A stretch of DNA of 64,000 nt from Roseovarius sp. (GTDB taxonomy: Bacteria > Pseudomonadota > Alphaproteobacteria > Rhodobacterales > Rhodobacteraceae): positions 16,477-80,476 of the forward strand of contig JAWLGF010000002.1 in the NCBI GenBank assembly GCA_041685205.1. The letters are read 5' to 3'. Positions within the stretch are counted from its first letter, which is position 1; every line of letters starts with the position of its first letter. Shown piece by piece: positions 41,581 through 51,783 of this stretch. The position numbers and the translations under genes were made by a program. The notes beneath the pieces were generated by a model that was not told the origin of the DNA, did no database searches, and worked only from the letters and a program-made list of their open reading frames with translations.

Positions 41581-42351
41581 ATGGAAATGTTTTTTGATAT
41601 CCTTACCCCCTTGGCCTTTGGCCTCGCGACAGTCCTCGCGTTTTTCGCGGGCGTGATCAAGGGGGTTGTCGGTTTTGCCATGCCGATGATGCTCATGGCG
41701 GGGCTGAGCGCGCTGATGTCGCCAGATCTGGCGCTCGCCGGGCTGATCCTGCCGACGCTTGTGACCAATTTGTGGCAGGCCCTGCGGGAGGGTCCGCGGG
41801 CGGCCCTGCTCTCGATGCGGCGATACACGACATTCCTCTTGACTGGCGGGCTGGTCATGCTGGCGTCTGCTCAATTGGTGCCGGTGCTGCCTCCGGCAAC
41901 GCTGTTCCTGATCATCGGGGTGGCCATCACGCTCTATGCGTTTGCCACATTGCTGGGCGGCAGCCTGCGTGTGCTTGCCAAGGGCGGACGACGCGGTGAG
42001 GCGGCCATGGGGGCGATTGCCGGCCTGTTCGGCGGGGTGTCTGGCATATGGGGCCCCCCGACGGTTGCGATGCTGACGGCGCGGGCGACCGAGAAACGCG
42101 AACAGATGCGCGTACAGGGCGTGATCTTCACCCTTGGGTCGATCCTGTTGCTGGCCTCGCATCTTGGATCCGGGGTGTTGCGTGCGGAAACCGTACCCCT
42201 GTCCATGTGGCTCGTCCTGCCGGCGATCCTTGGGACATGGCTTGGCTTCTGGTTGCAGGACAGATTTGACCAGGCGACCTTTCACAAGGCTACACTTTGG
42301 GTCCTGCTGATCGCGGGGGCGAACCTGATCCGCCGCGGGCTGGTGATGTGA
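41581..42351 (+). CDS. Sulfite exporter TauE/SafE family protein
   Basis: AGVIKGVVGFAMP and GGVSGIWGPP repeats; about 8 TM segments. Confidence 0.85.
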   Translation: MEMFFDILTPLAFGLATVLAFFAGVIKGVVGFAMPMMLMAGLSALMSPDLALAGLILPTLVTNLWQALREGPRAALLSMRRYTTFLLTGGLVMLASAQLVPVLPPATLFLIIGVAITLYAFATLLGGSLRVLAKGGRRGEAAMGAIAGLFGGVSGIWGPPTVAMLTARATEKREQMRVQGVIFTLGSILLLASHLGSGVLRAETVPLSMWLVLPAILGTWLGFWLQDRFDQATFHKATLWVLLIAGANLIRRGLVM

Positions 42352-42361
42352 TCCGCCGAAC

Positions 42362-42395
42362 GAAAAAGGACCCGCGCATGTCACGCGAGTCCTTG
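42362..42395 (-). terminator. Terminator of clpP-clpX
   Basis: AAGGAC.CGCG/CGCG.GTCCTT hairpin with a T-tract on the minus strand. Confidence 0.65.
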
Positions 42396-42420
42396 ATGGC
42401 AGTTCCTTCTGGCACGCCCG

Positions 42421-43692
42421 TCAACCCGCGTGTGTGCCTTCTTTCTTGCTCGACTTGCTGTCCGCATAGATGATCAGCGGCGCGGCCTCGGACGTCACGG
42501 CCTCTTCGTTCACGACGACCTCTTCGACATTCTCGAGCGCAGGCAGGTCGAACATGGTGTCCAGCAGGATGTCCTCGAGGATCGAGCGCAGCCCGCGCGC
42601 GCCGGTCTTGCGCGCGATGGCGCGCTTGGCGATGGCCACCAGCGCATCCTCGGTGAAGGTCAGTTTCGCGTTTTCCAGCTCGAAGAGGCGCTGGTACTGC
42701 TTCACCAAAGCGTTCTTGGGCTGCGTCAGGATGATGACCAGCGCTTCCTCGTCCAGATCCTCGAGCGTCGCGAGCACTGGCAGGCGACCGACGAATTCCG
42801 GGATCAGGCCGAATTTCAGAAGGTCCTCGGGTTCGAGATCGGTCAGGACCTCGCCGATGCCGCGCTCGTCATCCGCGCGCACATCGGCGCCGAACCCCAT
42901 GGCGCTGCCCTTGCCGCGCTGCGCGATCACCTTGTCGAGACCGGCGAACGCCCCGCCGCAGATGAACAGGATGTTCGTCGTGTCGACCTGAAGGAATTCC
43001 TGCTGCGGATGCTTGCGCCCGCCTTGCGGCGGGACGGCGGCGACCGTGCCCTCCATCAGTTTCAGCAGCGCCTGCTGCACACCTTCGCCAGAGACGTCGC
43101 GGGTGATCGACGGGTTCTCGGACTTGCGGGTGATCTTGTCGACCTCATCGATATACACGATGCCGCGCTGCGCGCGTTCCACGTTGTATTCCGACGATTG
43201 CAGGAGCTTGAGAATGATGTTCTCGACATCCTCGCCAACATACCCCGCCTCGGTCAGCGTCGTGGCATCCGCCATCGTGAAGGGCACGTCCAGAATACGT
43301 GCAAGGGTCTGCGCCAGAAGCGTCTTGCCGCAGCCGGTCGGCCCGATCAGAAGGATGTTCGACTTGCTGAGTTCGACGTCGCTCTTGTCGGAATTGTTCA
43401 ACCGTTTGTAGTGGTTGTGGACTGCGACCGACAACACGCGCTTTGCTATGGCCTGGCCGATCACGTAATCGTCCAGTACCTTGCAGATTTCATGCGGGGT
43501 CGGCACGCCCTCGCTCGACTTGATGCCGCCGCCCTTTGTCTCTTCTCGTATGATGTCCATGCACAACTCGACGCATTCGTCGCATATGAACACCGTCGGG
43601 CCCGCAATGAGCTTGCGCACCTCGTGCTGGCTCTTGCCGCAAAAACTGCAATAAAGCGTGTTCTTGCTGTCGCTGCCGGAATTGTTCGCCAT
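42421..43692 (-). CDS. clpX: ATP-dependent Clp protease ATP-binding subunit ClpX
   Basis: C4 zinc finger; [23 protein letters not shown] and GARGLR motifs. Confidence 0.98.
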   Translation of the reverse strand: MANNSGSDSKNTLYCSFCGKSQHEVRKLIAGPTVFICDECVELCMDIIREETKGGGIKSSEGVPTPHEICKVLDDYVIGQAIAKRVLSVAVHNHYKRLNNSDKSDVELSKSNILLIGPTGCGKTLLAQTLARILDVPFTMADATTLTEAGYVGEDVENIILKLLQSSEYNVERAQRGIVYIDEVDKITRKSENPSITRDVSGEGVQQALLKLMEGTVAAVPPQGGRKHPQQEFLQVDTTNILFICGGAFAGLDKVIAQRGKGSAMGFGADVRADDERGIGEVLTDLEPEDLLKFGLIPEFVGRLPVLATLEDLDEEALVIILTQPKNALVKQYQRLFELENAKLTFTEDALVAIAKRAIARKTGARGLRSILEDILLDTMFDLPALENVEEVVVNEEAVTSEAAPLIIYADSKSSKKEGTHAG

Positions 43693-43840
43693 CACGTACC
43701 TTTCAGCCCTTGAGCCGCCTATCGGTCATGCGGCCCGGTTCGGGCCTTTGCTCTGTCATTCATGTGCCGTGCCAGCTTAGGTCACGCGGGAAAACACCAC
43801 AATGCGAAAATACCCGACCATCGTGCGTCCCGCTCACCGA

Positions 43841-44473
43841 TCATTTATCCTCGTCGGCCCCTTTCGCACGCGTGCTCACGATTTCATCGACATGTCCCCA
43901 CTCCATCGCCTCTTCGGGCGTCATCCACTTGTCCCGGTCGAGGGCCATGCGGACGGTGTCGTAGTCCTGACCCGTGTGGCGCATGTAAAGCTGGTAGAAG
44001 CGTTCGCGCGTCTGCTCGATGTGACGCGACTGGATCAGGATGTCTTCTGCCGTGCCCTGGCTGCCACCCGACGGCTGGTGCACGAGGAACTCGGAGTTGG
44101 GCAGCGAAAATCGCATTCCATGCTCGCCGCCAAGTGCGATCACAGAGCCCATGGACGCCGCCAGACCGCAGACGAGGGTCGAGACCTTGGGTTTGATGTA
44201 TTGCATCGTGTCATAGATGCTCATCCCGGCGATCACGGACCCGCCGGGCGAGTTTATGTACATCGAGATTTCCTTGTTGGGATTCTCGGCCTCGAGATGC
44301 AGAAGCTGCGCCACGACGAGGCTGGACATGCCGTCATGGATTTGCCCGTTCACGAAGATGATGCGTTCCTTGAGCAGGCGCGAGAAGATGTCATACGACC
44401 GTTCCCCGCGACTGGTCTGTTCGACCACCATCGGCACGAGGGTGTTCATGTGGATTTCGTGGGGATCGTTCAT
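43841..44473 (-). CDS. clpP: Clp protease proteolytic subunit
   Basis: YINSPGG, AASMG and HQPSGG motifs. Confidence 0.96.
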   Translation of the reverse strand: MNDPHEIHMNTLVPMVVEQTSRGERSYDIFSRLLKERIIFVNGQIHDGMSSLVVAQLLHLEAENPNKEISMYINSPGGSVIAGMSIYDTMQYIKPKVSTLVCGLAASMGSVIALGGEHGMRFSLPNSEFLVHQPSGGSQGTAEDILIQSRHIEQTRERFYQLYMRHTGQDYDTVRMALDRDKWMTPEEAMEWGHVDEIVSTRAKGADEDK

Positions 44474-44684
44474 CGTGGCCTGCCTGTATTGCTGCCCGGC
44501 GCTGAGTGTCCGGCTTTGGAAATCGGCCGACGCGCGGCGGCCGGCGCTTTGCGAGTCTTAGTGTTGCGTCCGAAGGCCTGCAAGGGCAAGGTATGAATTT
44601 GTAGTGCCACGCGCCTCCGTTTGGTGCAGGACGTTTTATCTGCCCGGCAAGGGAAGACTTGTTTCGCAGGTCCTGGAGACACCT

Positions 44685-44698
44685 CATAGATAACTATG
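44685..44698. promoter_or_regulatory. Palindrome CATAG-N4-CTATG, possible autoregulatory operator
   Basis: AT-rich inverted repeat 25 bp upstream of the ArsR-family gene. Confidence 0.35.
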
Positions 44699-44723
44699 TA
44701 GCGACAGAAAGAGCCCGACCCGG

Positions 44724-45098
44724 ATGACGCTTCCCGTTCTTGACGATTCGACGACCCCGGAAGACATGGATCACATGGTCGAAAATGCGACCGCAGCGGC
44801 GACCTTCCTCAAGGCGATCAGCCACGAGGGTCGGCTGATGATCCTGTGCCATCTGGTGTCCGGCGAGAAATCCGTGACCGAGCTGGAAGAGCTTCTGTCG
44901 GCCCGGCAGCCGGCGGTGTCGCAGCAATTGTCGCGTCTGCGGCTCGAAGGGCTGGTCACGACCCGCCGCGATGGCAAGGCCATCTATTACAGCCTTGCCG
45001 ACGATCGGCCGCGCCGGGTGCTCGAAGTCGTTTATGACCTCTTTTGTGCCGAGCATGACGTCGCCGGCGAGACGGCCGGAGGGGAAGAGAGTGCCTGA
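44724..45098 (+). CDS. sqrR: ArsR/SmtB repressor of SqrR/BigR (persulfide-sensing) type
   Basis: LKAISHEGRLMILC..GEKSVTELE..VSQQLSRLRLEGLV..YDLFC, with both conserved Cys residues. Confidence 0.7.
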   Translation: MTLPVLDDSTTPEDMDHMVENATAAATFLKAISHEGRLMILCHLVSGEKSVTELEELLSARQPAVSQQLSRLRLEGLVTTRRDGKAIYYSLADDRPRRVLEVVYDLFCAEHDVAGETAGGEESA

Positions 45099-45104
45099 AC
45101 CCGG

Positions 45105-45681
45105 TCAGGCGGCCTTTGCGCGCTCGTCGACCTCGTAGGGCGCCAAGGCGTCATCCACCCGGGTGTGGTTCGCGTGACTGGCACAAGTGCTGATGGTCTT
45201 GACCGCGAGCGCCAGGATGATCTCGCGTATATGCTGATCGGTGCAGCCTGCGGTCTTGAACGCCTTGGCCTGCGTTGGCAGACTGCGGGTCTGTCACATG
45301 TGGTGGGTGAACCGGCGCAACGCCTCGAGCTTCGGATCGTCCAGCGCCTTGCCGTCGCTCAGCGCCTATGTCTCCTCTTCGGAAAGCTTCGAGATTTATC
45401 GCCAGTATCGAATGCGCGCCTGTGCAGTACTCGCATCCACTGGCAAGCGAGACCATCAGGAACACCACGTTCTGTTCTGGCGGCGTGAAATTGGCCTGCG
45501 TGCGGACATGATCATAGCCGTGCACAAAACTTGACAAAAAGCCCGGATTGATGGCCATGCCGCGATACATGTTCGGCACGAAACCCAGCTTCTCGCGGGT
45601 CCCGTCCACCAATTCCTTGACAAGACCGTCGGCCCGATCATCCGCCATGGGGGGTGCGTCGAGTTTGTATTCAGCCGTCAT
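45105..45681 (-). pseudogene. Carboxymuconolactone decarboxylase/AhpD-like pseudogene
   Basis: GFVPNMY..CEYC..AH, then a frameshift near 45395; the continuation DPKLEALRRFT..EIILALAVKTIS has TAG (45366-45368) and TGA (45294-45296). Confidence 0.82.
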
Positions 45682-45944
45682 GACATCCTCGTTGGTGTCC
45701 TGTCATCTCAAGGGACGCAAAGTGCGGCCGCGCGATCACCGCCGGGAGATCACCTCGTCGTGCCGCAGTGGTGAGGCCGCGACGACGTCCAGATTGAGGC
45801 CGTCATCCATTTTCCGGGCGGTATCTGACGTGCAGAAAAGGCGTCCAAGCAACCCGTCTTTATTTTTTGGCGCATCTTGCAAGTCCCTTCGGCCACGGGT
45901 CATCTGTCATGCGGGGCCCAAGACGAGCCTGCAAGGAACGTGAC

Positions 45945-46865
45945 GTGGATTACATCTATCTGCTGGCCGGATTGACCGGCCTTTTTCTTGGCGGCGAATT
46001 CCTGGTGCGCGGCAGTGTGGGCATCGCCCGTCGTATGGCGATTCCGCCACTGCTGATCGGGCTGACCGTGGTGGGGTTCGGCACCTCGACGCCCGAGCTG
46101 CTGGTCTCGGTCGAGGCCGCGTGGCGCGGCGTACCGGACATTGCGCTTGGCAATGTCGTCGGATCGAACATCGCCAACATCCTGTTGATCGTCGGCGTGT
46201 CGGCGCTGATCTGGCCGATCACGGTGATGGGGGCGACCCTGCGCCGCGACACCGCCGTGATGATGGCGGCGACTCTGGTGCTGGTGCCGGTCTTTTATCT
46301 CGGGCAGGTGGGGAGGCTGTCGGGGGCGGTGCTGGTGGCCGGTCTCGGGGGGTACTTGCTCTGGGCGTATCTCCGGCCCGGCGCGGCTGTGTCCGAGGAC
46401 GCGGGGGTGCCTGAACCCTCTTCAGGTCTGGTCTCGGCTTTGTGGATTGTGGGTGGTCTGGTCGGGCTTATGCTCGGTGCGCGTTTTCTGGTCGAGGGCG
46501 CGGTCGCGATCGCGCGCGGCTACGGCGTATCCGAGGCGTTCATCGGGCTGACCATCGTGGCCGTCGGTACGTCGCTGCCGGAACTTGCAACATCGCTGAT
46601 CGCCGCCCTGCGCCGCCAATCGGAGATTGCCATCGGCAATATTGTCGGCTCGAACATATTCAACTTGCTTGGCATTCTCGGTGTGACCGCACTGATCACG
46701 CCGATCCCGGTGGCGCAGCGCTTCCTGACCTTCGATCTGCCGGTGCTGATCGCGATTTCGCTGGTGCTGGCCATCCTGCTGGTGGCGCGTCCGCGGATCG
46801 GTCGCGGGGTCGGCTTGGCGATGCTGGTGGGCTATGCCGCCTATGTATGGGCCGCGCAGGGGTGA
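45945..46865 (+). CDS. Calcium/sodium antiporter (YrbG/CaCA family)
   Basis: Duplicated alpha repeats GTSTPE/GTSLPE and GNVVGSN/GNIVGSN. Confidence 0.92.
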   Translation: MDYIYLLAGLTGLFLGGEFLVRGSVGIARRMAIPPLLIGLTVVGFGTSTPELLVSVEAAWRGVPDIALGNVVGSNIANILLIVGVSALIWPITVMGATLRRDTAVMMAATLVLVPVFYLGQVGRLSGAVLVAGLGGYLLWAYLRPGAAVSEDAGVPEPSSGLVSALWIVGGLVGLMLGARFLVEGAVAIARGYGVSEAFIGLTIVAVGTSLPELATSLIAALRRQSEIAIGNIVGSNIFNLLGILGVTALITPIPVAQRFLTFDLPVLIAISLVLAILLVARPRIGRGVGLAMLVGYAAYVWAAQG

Positions 46866-46936
46866 CACGGGGGCCTGCGCTACGCTCCGACATTCAGACC
46901 GAGCCGCTAAGGCTTTACTTGTCCGCATCAAGCCAG

Positions 46937-47012
46937 TGGTGCCGCACAAGGGACTCGAACCCCTGACCCATCGCTTACGAAGCGATTGCTCTACCGGCTG
47001 AGCTAGTGCGGC
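46937..47012 (-). tRNA. tRNA-Thr(CGT)
   Basis: 76 nt: GCCGCAC acceptor stem, TAGCTCAG..GGTAGAGC D arm, ATCGC-TTCGTAA-GCGAT anticodon arm, GGTTCGAGTCC T arm, encoded CCA. Confidence 0.95.
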
Positions 47013-47218
47013 ACGGCGTTATGGCGCTGCCGTACTATGGTCGGCTGCGTTCGACAAGCCTCGATCCAACGCGTCGGCGCCATTTCTCGATTTTCCACGA
47101 GCCCGCGACCTGCGCATCTCCGCGCGACGAATACCGTGCCAAATGCCGGGATCGAAGGTCGTCGGTATGTTGCGGATCTGCAACGCGCAATGTGTGACGA
47201 TCCAGTATGGTCAAAATA

Positions 47219-47235
47219 TCCGACTAAAATACTTT
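47219..47235 (+). promoter_or_regulatory. Putative iron-responsive operator (Iron-Rhodo/IscR-like box)
   Basis: TCCGACTAAAATACTTT about 90 bp before the receptor gene; shares CTAAAATACT with 49657-49673 (reverse strand). Confidence 0.5.
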
Positions 47236-47325
47236 ACATCATTCGGGGCCGTGATTACCCGACACGCAGGCCCCGCTGACGACGCTGGGAACCCAAATCA
47301 TAAAAATTCAGACACGAGGGTTGTC

Positions 47326-49587
47326 ATGGGCTTCAAACCGCCTCTGACGGTCGCGGCGTTCCTTCTGGGAACCGCTGCGATCGTTCCATACGCTCCCGCC
47401 GCCGCACAGGACGCGCCTGTCCTGACGCTGCCGGGCATCCAGATCATCGGCTCGCGCGAGAATGAACGCGCGCTGGTCGGATCGGGGACCTTTCTGGACA
47501 CAAGCGATATTCGCGACCAGAATTACGACGATATCAACCGCGTTCTTCGCAAGGCGCCGGGTGTGTATCTGCGCGAGGAGGACGGGTTCGGACTCTTCCC
47601 GAACATCTCGCTGCGCGGTGTCGATCCCGGGCGCAGCTCCAAGGTGATGCTGCTCGAGGATGGTGTCCCGATGGCCCCGGCGCCGTATTCGGCACCGGCC
47701 GCTTATTACTCGCCCACGGCGGGTCGGATGTCGGGCATCGAGGTGCTCAAGGGCTCGTCGCAGGTGCGTTTTGGTCCGCATATCACCGGCGGGGTGGTTA
47801 ACTATCTGTCCACACCCATCCCGCAGGACCGCGAGACATACACCAAGCTGACCTTCGGCAGCGACAACGAGATGCGGGCGCATGCCTATACCGGCGACAC
47901 GATCGAGACCGGGTCGGGGCGCTTCGGGTATCTGCTCGAGGCTTACGCCCGCGAAAACGACGGCTTCAAGAGCATCGACTCGGCGCCCGCCTTCGAAGGG
48001 TCGGACGACACCGGGCTGAGCAATCGCGACTATAACCTCAAGCTCTCCTATGAGCCGGATGGCGAACGCTACCAGAAGTTCGAGTTCAGCCTCGGCCGCA
48101 CCGAGCTTGATGCGGACGAGACCTATGTCGGGCTGAGCGAAGAGGATTTCGCCGCCGATCCCTTCCGCCGCTATGCCGGCACGCGCTTCGACAATATCGA
48201 GACCGAGCAGACCCGCATCGCGCTGCGCCACTACATCGAGCTGACGCCGAACACGAACCTGTCGACCGTTGCCTATTACAACGAATTCGAGCGCAACTGG
48301 TTCAAGCTGGCCTCGGTCAACGGCAACAACATCGCGCAGGGGATCGCCGGGGGCGGTGCGGATTTCGATACGTTGCGCGGACTGGGTGCGGGGACACTCG
48401 AAGTGCGGGCCAACGCACGCGAATATTACAGCACCGGCCTCGAGACATCGCTGAATACCCAGTTCGACACGGGAGGTGTCGGGCACGACCTGACCGCGTC
48501 GTTCCGCATCCACAACGACCAGATCGACCGGTTTCAGCGCGATACCACGTTCACACAGGATGCGAGCGGGGGCATCACCGATATCACGCAAGGCGCCGAT
48601 GGCGCCGCCGGCGACCGCAAGCAGGAAGCGACCGCCTACTCGATCTCGGTCGATGACCGGATGGATTTCGGACGTCTGACCTTGTCGCCCGGCGTGCGGT
48701 ACGAATATGTCGATCTGGAATATGAACAGGATCAGCGCCGTACCGATGGCGGCGGCGCGCCCGACAGTGACAGCGGCTCCATCGATTTCTGGGCCGGCGG
48801 CCTCGGCGCGTTGTGGGAGCAGAACGCGAACCTGTCGTTCAACGGCGGCGTGTTCTTCGGCTATTCGCCGCCGGGACCACGGGCCGCGCTGCGCGACGGG
48901 ATCAGCGAAGAGCGCAGCGTCGCGTATGAGCTTGGCACCAGCTATGTCAGCGACTCAGGGGCCTTCGAGGCCAAGGCGACCCTGTTCCGCACGGATTTCG
49001 ATGATCTGGTGGTGGTCGACAATATCGGCGCCTCGGCAGGGGGCAGCGGCGAGACGACCTCGGTCGGCGAGGTGCGCACCCAAGGTGTTGAACTTGGCAT
49101 CAATTACGATCCCGCCATCGACATGGGGCTGAGCTACGGCCTGCCGATGTTCGTGTCGGCCACCTATACCGATGCGACGATCGAGAACGCCTCGACCTCG
49201 GGCAACGCCCAGTCGATCTTCTCGGGCGGAACCGATGGCAGCGCGGTGCCCTATATCCCGGACGTCCAGATCACCTTCGGGGCCGGTTACGAAGGGCGCC
49301 AATGGGGTGTGGATGCGGTCGCGACCTATGTCGACAGCAGCTTCGGCAGCGCAAGCAACACCTCCCAGCAACTCGATCCGGACGGTACTCCGGACGCGCG
49401 ATACGGCAAGATCGACAGCTTCTTCAGCGTGGATTTCAGCGGCTATTACGAGCTGCGCGATGGAGTGAAGGTCATCGGCGGCGTGCAGAACGCGTTCGAC
49501 GAGGAATATGTCGCCTCGCGCCTGCCTCTGGGGCCGCGCCCGGGCAAGCCGCGCACCTTCTATGCCGGGCTCGAAGCGCAGTTCTGA
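47326..49587 (+). CDS. TonB-dependent receptor (FecA-like, no N-terminal signalling domain)
   Basis: Signal peptide; plug LRKAPGV..NISLRG..LLEDGVP..IEVLKG..GGVVN; QNAFDEEY; terminal Phe. Confidence 0.92.
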   Translation: MGFKPPLTVAAFLLGTAAIVPYAPAAAQDAPVLTLPGIQIIGSRENERALVGSGTFLDTSDIRDQNYDDINRVLRKAPGVYLREEDGFGLFPNISLRGVDPGRSSKVMLLEDGVPMAPAPYSAPAAYYSPTAGRMSGIEVLKGSSQVRFGPHITGGVVNYLSTPIPQDRETYTKLTFGSDNEMRAHAYTGDTIETGSGRFGYLLEAYARENDGFKSIDSAPAFEGSDDTGLSNRDYNLKLSYEPDGERYQKFEFSLGRTELDADETYVGLSEEDFAADPFRRYAGTRFDNIETEQTRIALRHYIELTPNTNLSTVAYYNEFERNWFKLASVNGNNIAQGIAGGGADFDTLRGLGAGTLEVRANAREYYSTGLETSLNTQFDTGGVGHDLTASFRIHNDQIDRFQRDTTFTQDASGGITDITQGADGAAGDRKQEATAYSISVDDRMDFGRLTLSPGVRYEYVDLEYEQDQRRTDGGGAPDSDSGSIDFWAGGLGALWEQNANLSFNGGVFFGYSPPGPRAALRDGISEERSVAYELGTSYVSDSGAFEAKATLFRTDFDDLVVVDNIGASAGGSGETTSVGEVRTQGVELGINYDPAIDMGLSYGLPMFVSATYTDATIENASTSGNAQSIFSGGTDGSAVPYIPDVQITFGAGYEGRQWGVDAVATYVDSSFGSASNTSQQLDPDGTPDARYGKIDSFFSVDFSGYYELRDGVKVIGGVQNAFDEEYVASRLPLGPRPGKPRTFYAGLEAQF

Positions 49588-49656
49588 TCCTGAACGGCCC
49601 GCCATGGCCCCGGCGCACCTTGTCTCTTGCGCCGGTGCATCCTTCGACGCAATTCA

Positions 49657-49673
49657 TGAGTATTTTAGACAGA
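49657..49673 (-). promoter_or_regulatory. Second putative iron box, upstream of the Ton operon
   Basis: Reverse strand TCTGTCTAAAATACTCA, 13 bp before ATG 49687. Confidence 0.45.
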
Positions 49674-49686
49674 ATAAGGCTTGGAT

Positions 49687-50139
49687 ATGTCACAGCCGGA
49701 CTTTTGGACCCCGAACCTTCGTCGCGTCACGGCGATTGCGGCCACCCTGCTGGGCACAGCCGCCTCAGCGCAGGAGAACGAGACGGCGCCGACGCTCGGG
49801 GTCGAGCTCAACAAGCTCGAACAGACCGATGCAGCCTGCCGCAGCTATATGGTGGTGTCGAACCGCACCGAAGAGCCGCTCGAAACACTGTCTCTCGATC
49901 TGGTTGTTTTCGACAGTGACGGCGTGATCGACCGCCGCCTCGCGGTCGAGTTGGGCGCGGTGGAGGCCGGGCGCACCCGGGTCAGGGTCTTCGACATGGC
50001 CGATCTCGACTGCGGCCGCGTGGCGCGGCTTTTGCTCAACGACGTGCTCGCCTGCAGCCCGGAAGACTTCGACGAGACCACCCCATGCGACGATGTGCTG
50101 CGTGTCTCCGAACGCGGCGATGTCGATTTCATTCGTTGA
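49687..50139 (+). CDS. Exported 4-Cys protein of unknown function heading the exbB-exbD-exbD-tonB operon
   Basis: Signal peptide (LRR..ASA); ELNKLE..C..DLVVFD.DG..C..LLNDV..C..C pattern. Confidence 0.75.
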   Translation: MSQPDFWTPNLRRVTAIAATLLGTAASAQENETAPTLGVELNKLEQTDAACRSYMVVSNRTEEPLETLSLDLVVFDSDGVIDRRLAVELGAVEAGRTRVRVFDMADLDCGRVARLLLNDVLACSPEDFDETTPCDDVLRVSERGDVDFIR

Positions 50140-50154
50140 CGAGAGGCCCAAACC

Positions 50155-50973
50155 ATGGATCCGGACCTGTCCGAAGACGTGCAAACGATCACATCCGGCG
50201 GCTGGACCGGGCCGAACCCGGCGACCGCCGTGCCGCCAGAGGACACCCCGTCGCAGCCTGGCGCGGCCGATCCAGCCCCGCAGGATGCAGCGGCGCAGAC
50301 CCTCGCCGCGCTGGAGCGTCTAGAGGATACGTTGTCCGCCGGGGGGCCGGTGGCGTGGCTGCTCGTGGCCTTGTCCGTTCTCTCGCTCGCGCTGATCCTC
50401 GGCAAGGTCTGGCATCTGGCCCGCACCCGCCCCGCACCTTGCGCACGGCTGCGCGCGGCGCTGACGCAATGGCGCGGCGGGGCCCGCGACACCGCGCTTG
50501 ATACCGTCGCCTCGGGCCGGTCGCTGCCCGCGCGCGCCGCCCATGGCGCGATGGCCGATCTGGTCGCCGGCATCCCCGAGCCACGCGCCCGCGAAGAGGC
50601 GTGGCGCGTGGCCGGCGATGCGCTGGACGGCCTGCGTGCCTGGATGCGCCCGCTCGAGGTGATCGCGTCCGTCGCGCCGCTCCTGGGCCTCTTCGGCACG
50701 GTTCTCGGCATGATCGCCGCTTTCGCACAGCTCGAGGCCGCGGGCAGCCGCGTCGATCCGGCGATCCTGTCGGGCGGCATCTGGGAGGCGCTCCTGACCA
50801 CGGCGCTCGGCCTTGCGGTGGCGATCCCGACGCTGGCGGCGGTCAACTGGATCGATCGCCGGATCGAGCGCAGCGCGCAGGCCACCGACTCGGCGCTGGC
50901 GGCGATCTTCGCCGCGGCGCCGACCGCAGCGGCAACCTCGGCGACCGAGGACTGGCATGACGCGGCTGAGTGA
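50155..50973 (+). CDS. exbB: ExbB/TolQ/MotA proton channel protein
   Basis: APLLGLFGTVLGMI and GIWEALLTTA.GL.VAIP motifs. Confidence 0.9.
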   Translation: MDPDLSEDVQTITSGGWTGPNPATAVPPEDTPSQPGAADPAPQDAAAQTLAALERLEDTLSAGGPVAWLLVALSVLSLALILGKVWHLARTRPAPCARLRAALTQWRGGARDTALDTVASGRSLPARAAHGAMADLVAGIPEPRAREEAWRVAGDALDGLRAWMRPLEVIASVAPLLGLFGTVLGMIAAFAQLEAAGSRVDPAILSGGIWEALLTTALGLAVAIPTLAAVNWIDRRIERSAQATDSALAAIFAAAPTAAATSATEDWHDAAE

Positions 50974-51352
50974 TACCGCCCGCCCGCCTTTGCGGATCAG
51001 CCTGACACCGCTCATCGACGTGGTGTTCATCCTGCTGGTTTTTTTCATGCTGGCGTCGAACTTTCACGACTGGCGGGCGATCCCGCTGCAATCCTCGGGC
51101 AGCGGCACGGGTGGCGAGATGGGCGGCGCATTGCTGGTCGAGGTGACAGCGCAAGGTCCGCGCCTTGCCGGCGAGACGCTGCCGATGCCCGCGCTGATCG
51201 AGCGGGTGCGCGCGCGGCGGGCGGAGGATCCCGATACTGCGCTGCTGATCCTGCCGCGCGACGGTGTGGACACCGGCGCGCTCGTCCGCGTGCTCGACCG
51301 GATGGAGGCCGCGGGCCTGAGCGGGCTGGCCCTTGTGCAGGATGGATCATGA
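50957..51352 (+). CDS. exbD: ExbD/TolR protein, copy 1
   Basis: LTPLIDVVFILLVFFM with the canonical TM Asp. Confidence 0.88.
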   Translation: MTRLSDTARPPLRISLTPLIDVVFILLVFFMLASNFHDWRAIPLQSSGSGTGGEMGGALLVEVTAQGPRLAGETLPMPALIERVRARRAEDPDTALLILPRDGVDTGALVRVLDRMEAAGLSGLALVQDGS

Positions 51353-51783
51353 GAGGGCTGGCTGGACGGACGACGCGGCGGCTGACGCGGACTCGCCCGC
51401 CGGAGGATGCCGATTCGAGTATCCTTCCGCTGATCAATGTCGTGTTTCTGTTGCTTATCTTTTTCATGGTTTCCGGTCGACTGAGCAGCAGCGATCCGTT
51501 CGAGGTCGCGCCGCCAGAGTCCGAAAGTGCGGGCGAGGCCCAGCTTGAAGGGTCCGAGATCCTGCTGGGCCCAACCGGAGATCTGGCGCTCGACGGGCAG
51601 GAGATCGACCGCGCCACGCTGCTCGAACGTCTGGAAGATCGCCTGCGCGAGACCCCGAACCTACCCCTGCGCCTGCGCGCCGATCAGGAAGGTGCGGCAC
51701 GTGGACTCGTAAGCCTCATGCAGGATCTGCGCAGCCTCGGTGCACAGGAGGTCACATTGATCACCCTTCCGGAGGCGCGATGA
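51349..51783 (+). CDS. exbD: ExbD/TolR protein, copy 2
   Basis: ILPLINVVFLLLIFFM (Asp replaced by Asn); LRAD motif. Confidence 0.88.
   Translation: MRGLAGRTTRRLTRTRPPEDADSSILPLINVVFLLLIFFMVSGRLSSSDPFEVAPPESESAGEAQLEGSEILLGPTGDLALDGQEIDRATLLERLEDRLRETPNLPLRLRADQEGAARGLVSLMQDLRSLGAQEVTLITLPEAR

Noticed and set aside
45294..45368. Selenocysteine or pyrrolysine recoding of the in-frame TGA and TAG
   Set aside because: The stops co-occur with a frameshift and are not at catalytic positions; ordinary decay explains them
45760..45773. Possible att remnant of the tRNA-Thr 3' end (GTGCCGCA, CAGTGGTG)
   Set aside because: Only 8-bp matches, in scrambled order, and no integrase
47013..47325. Cobalamin riboswitch before the TonB receptor
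   Set aside because: No B12-box or GGGAA/GCCACTG pattern; an iron-box-like motif is present instead
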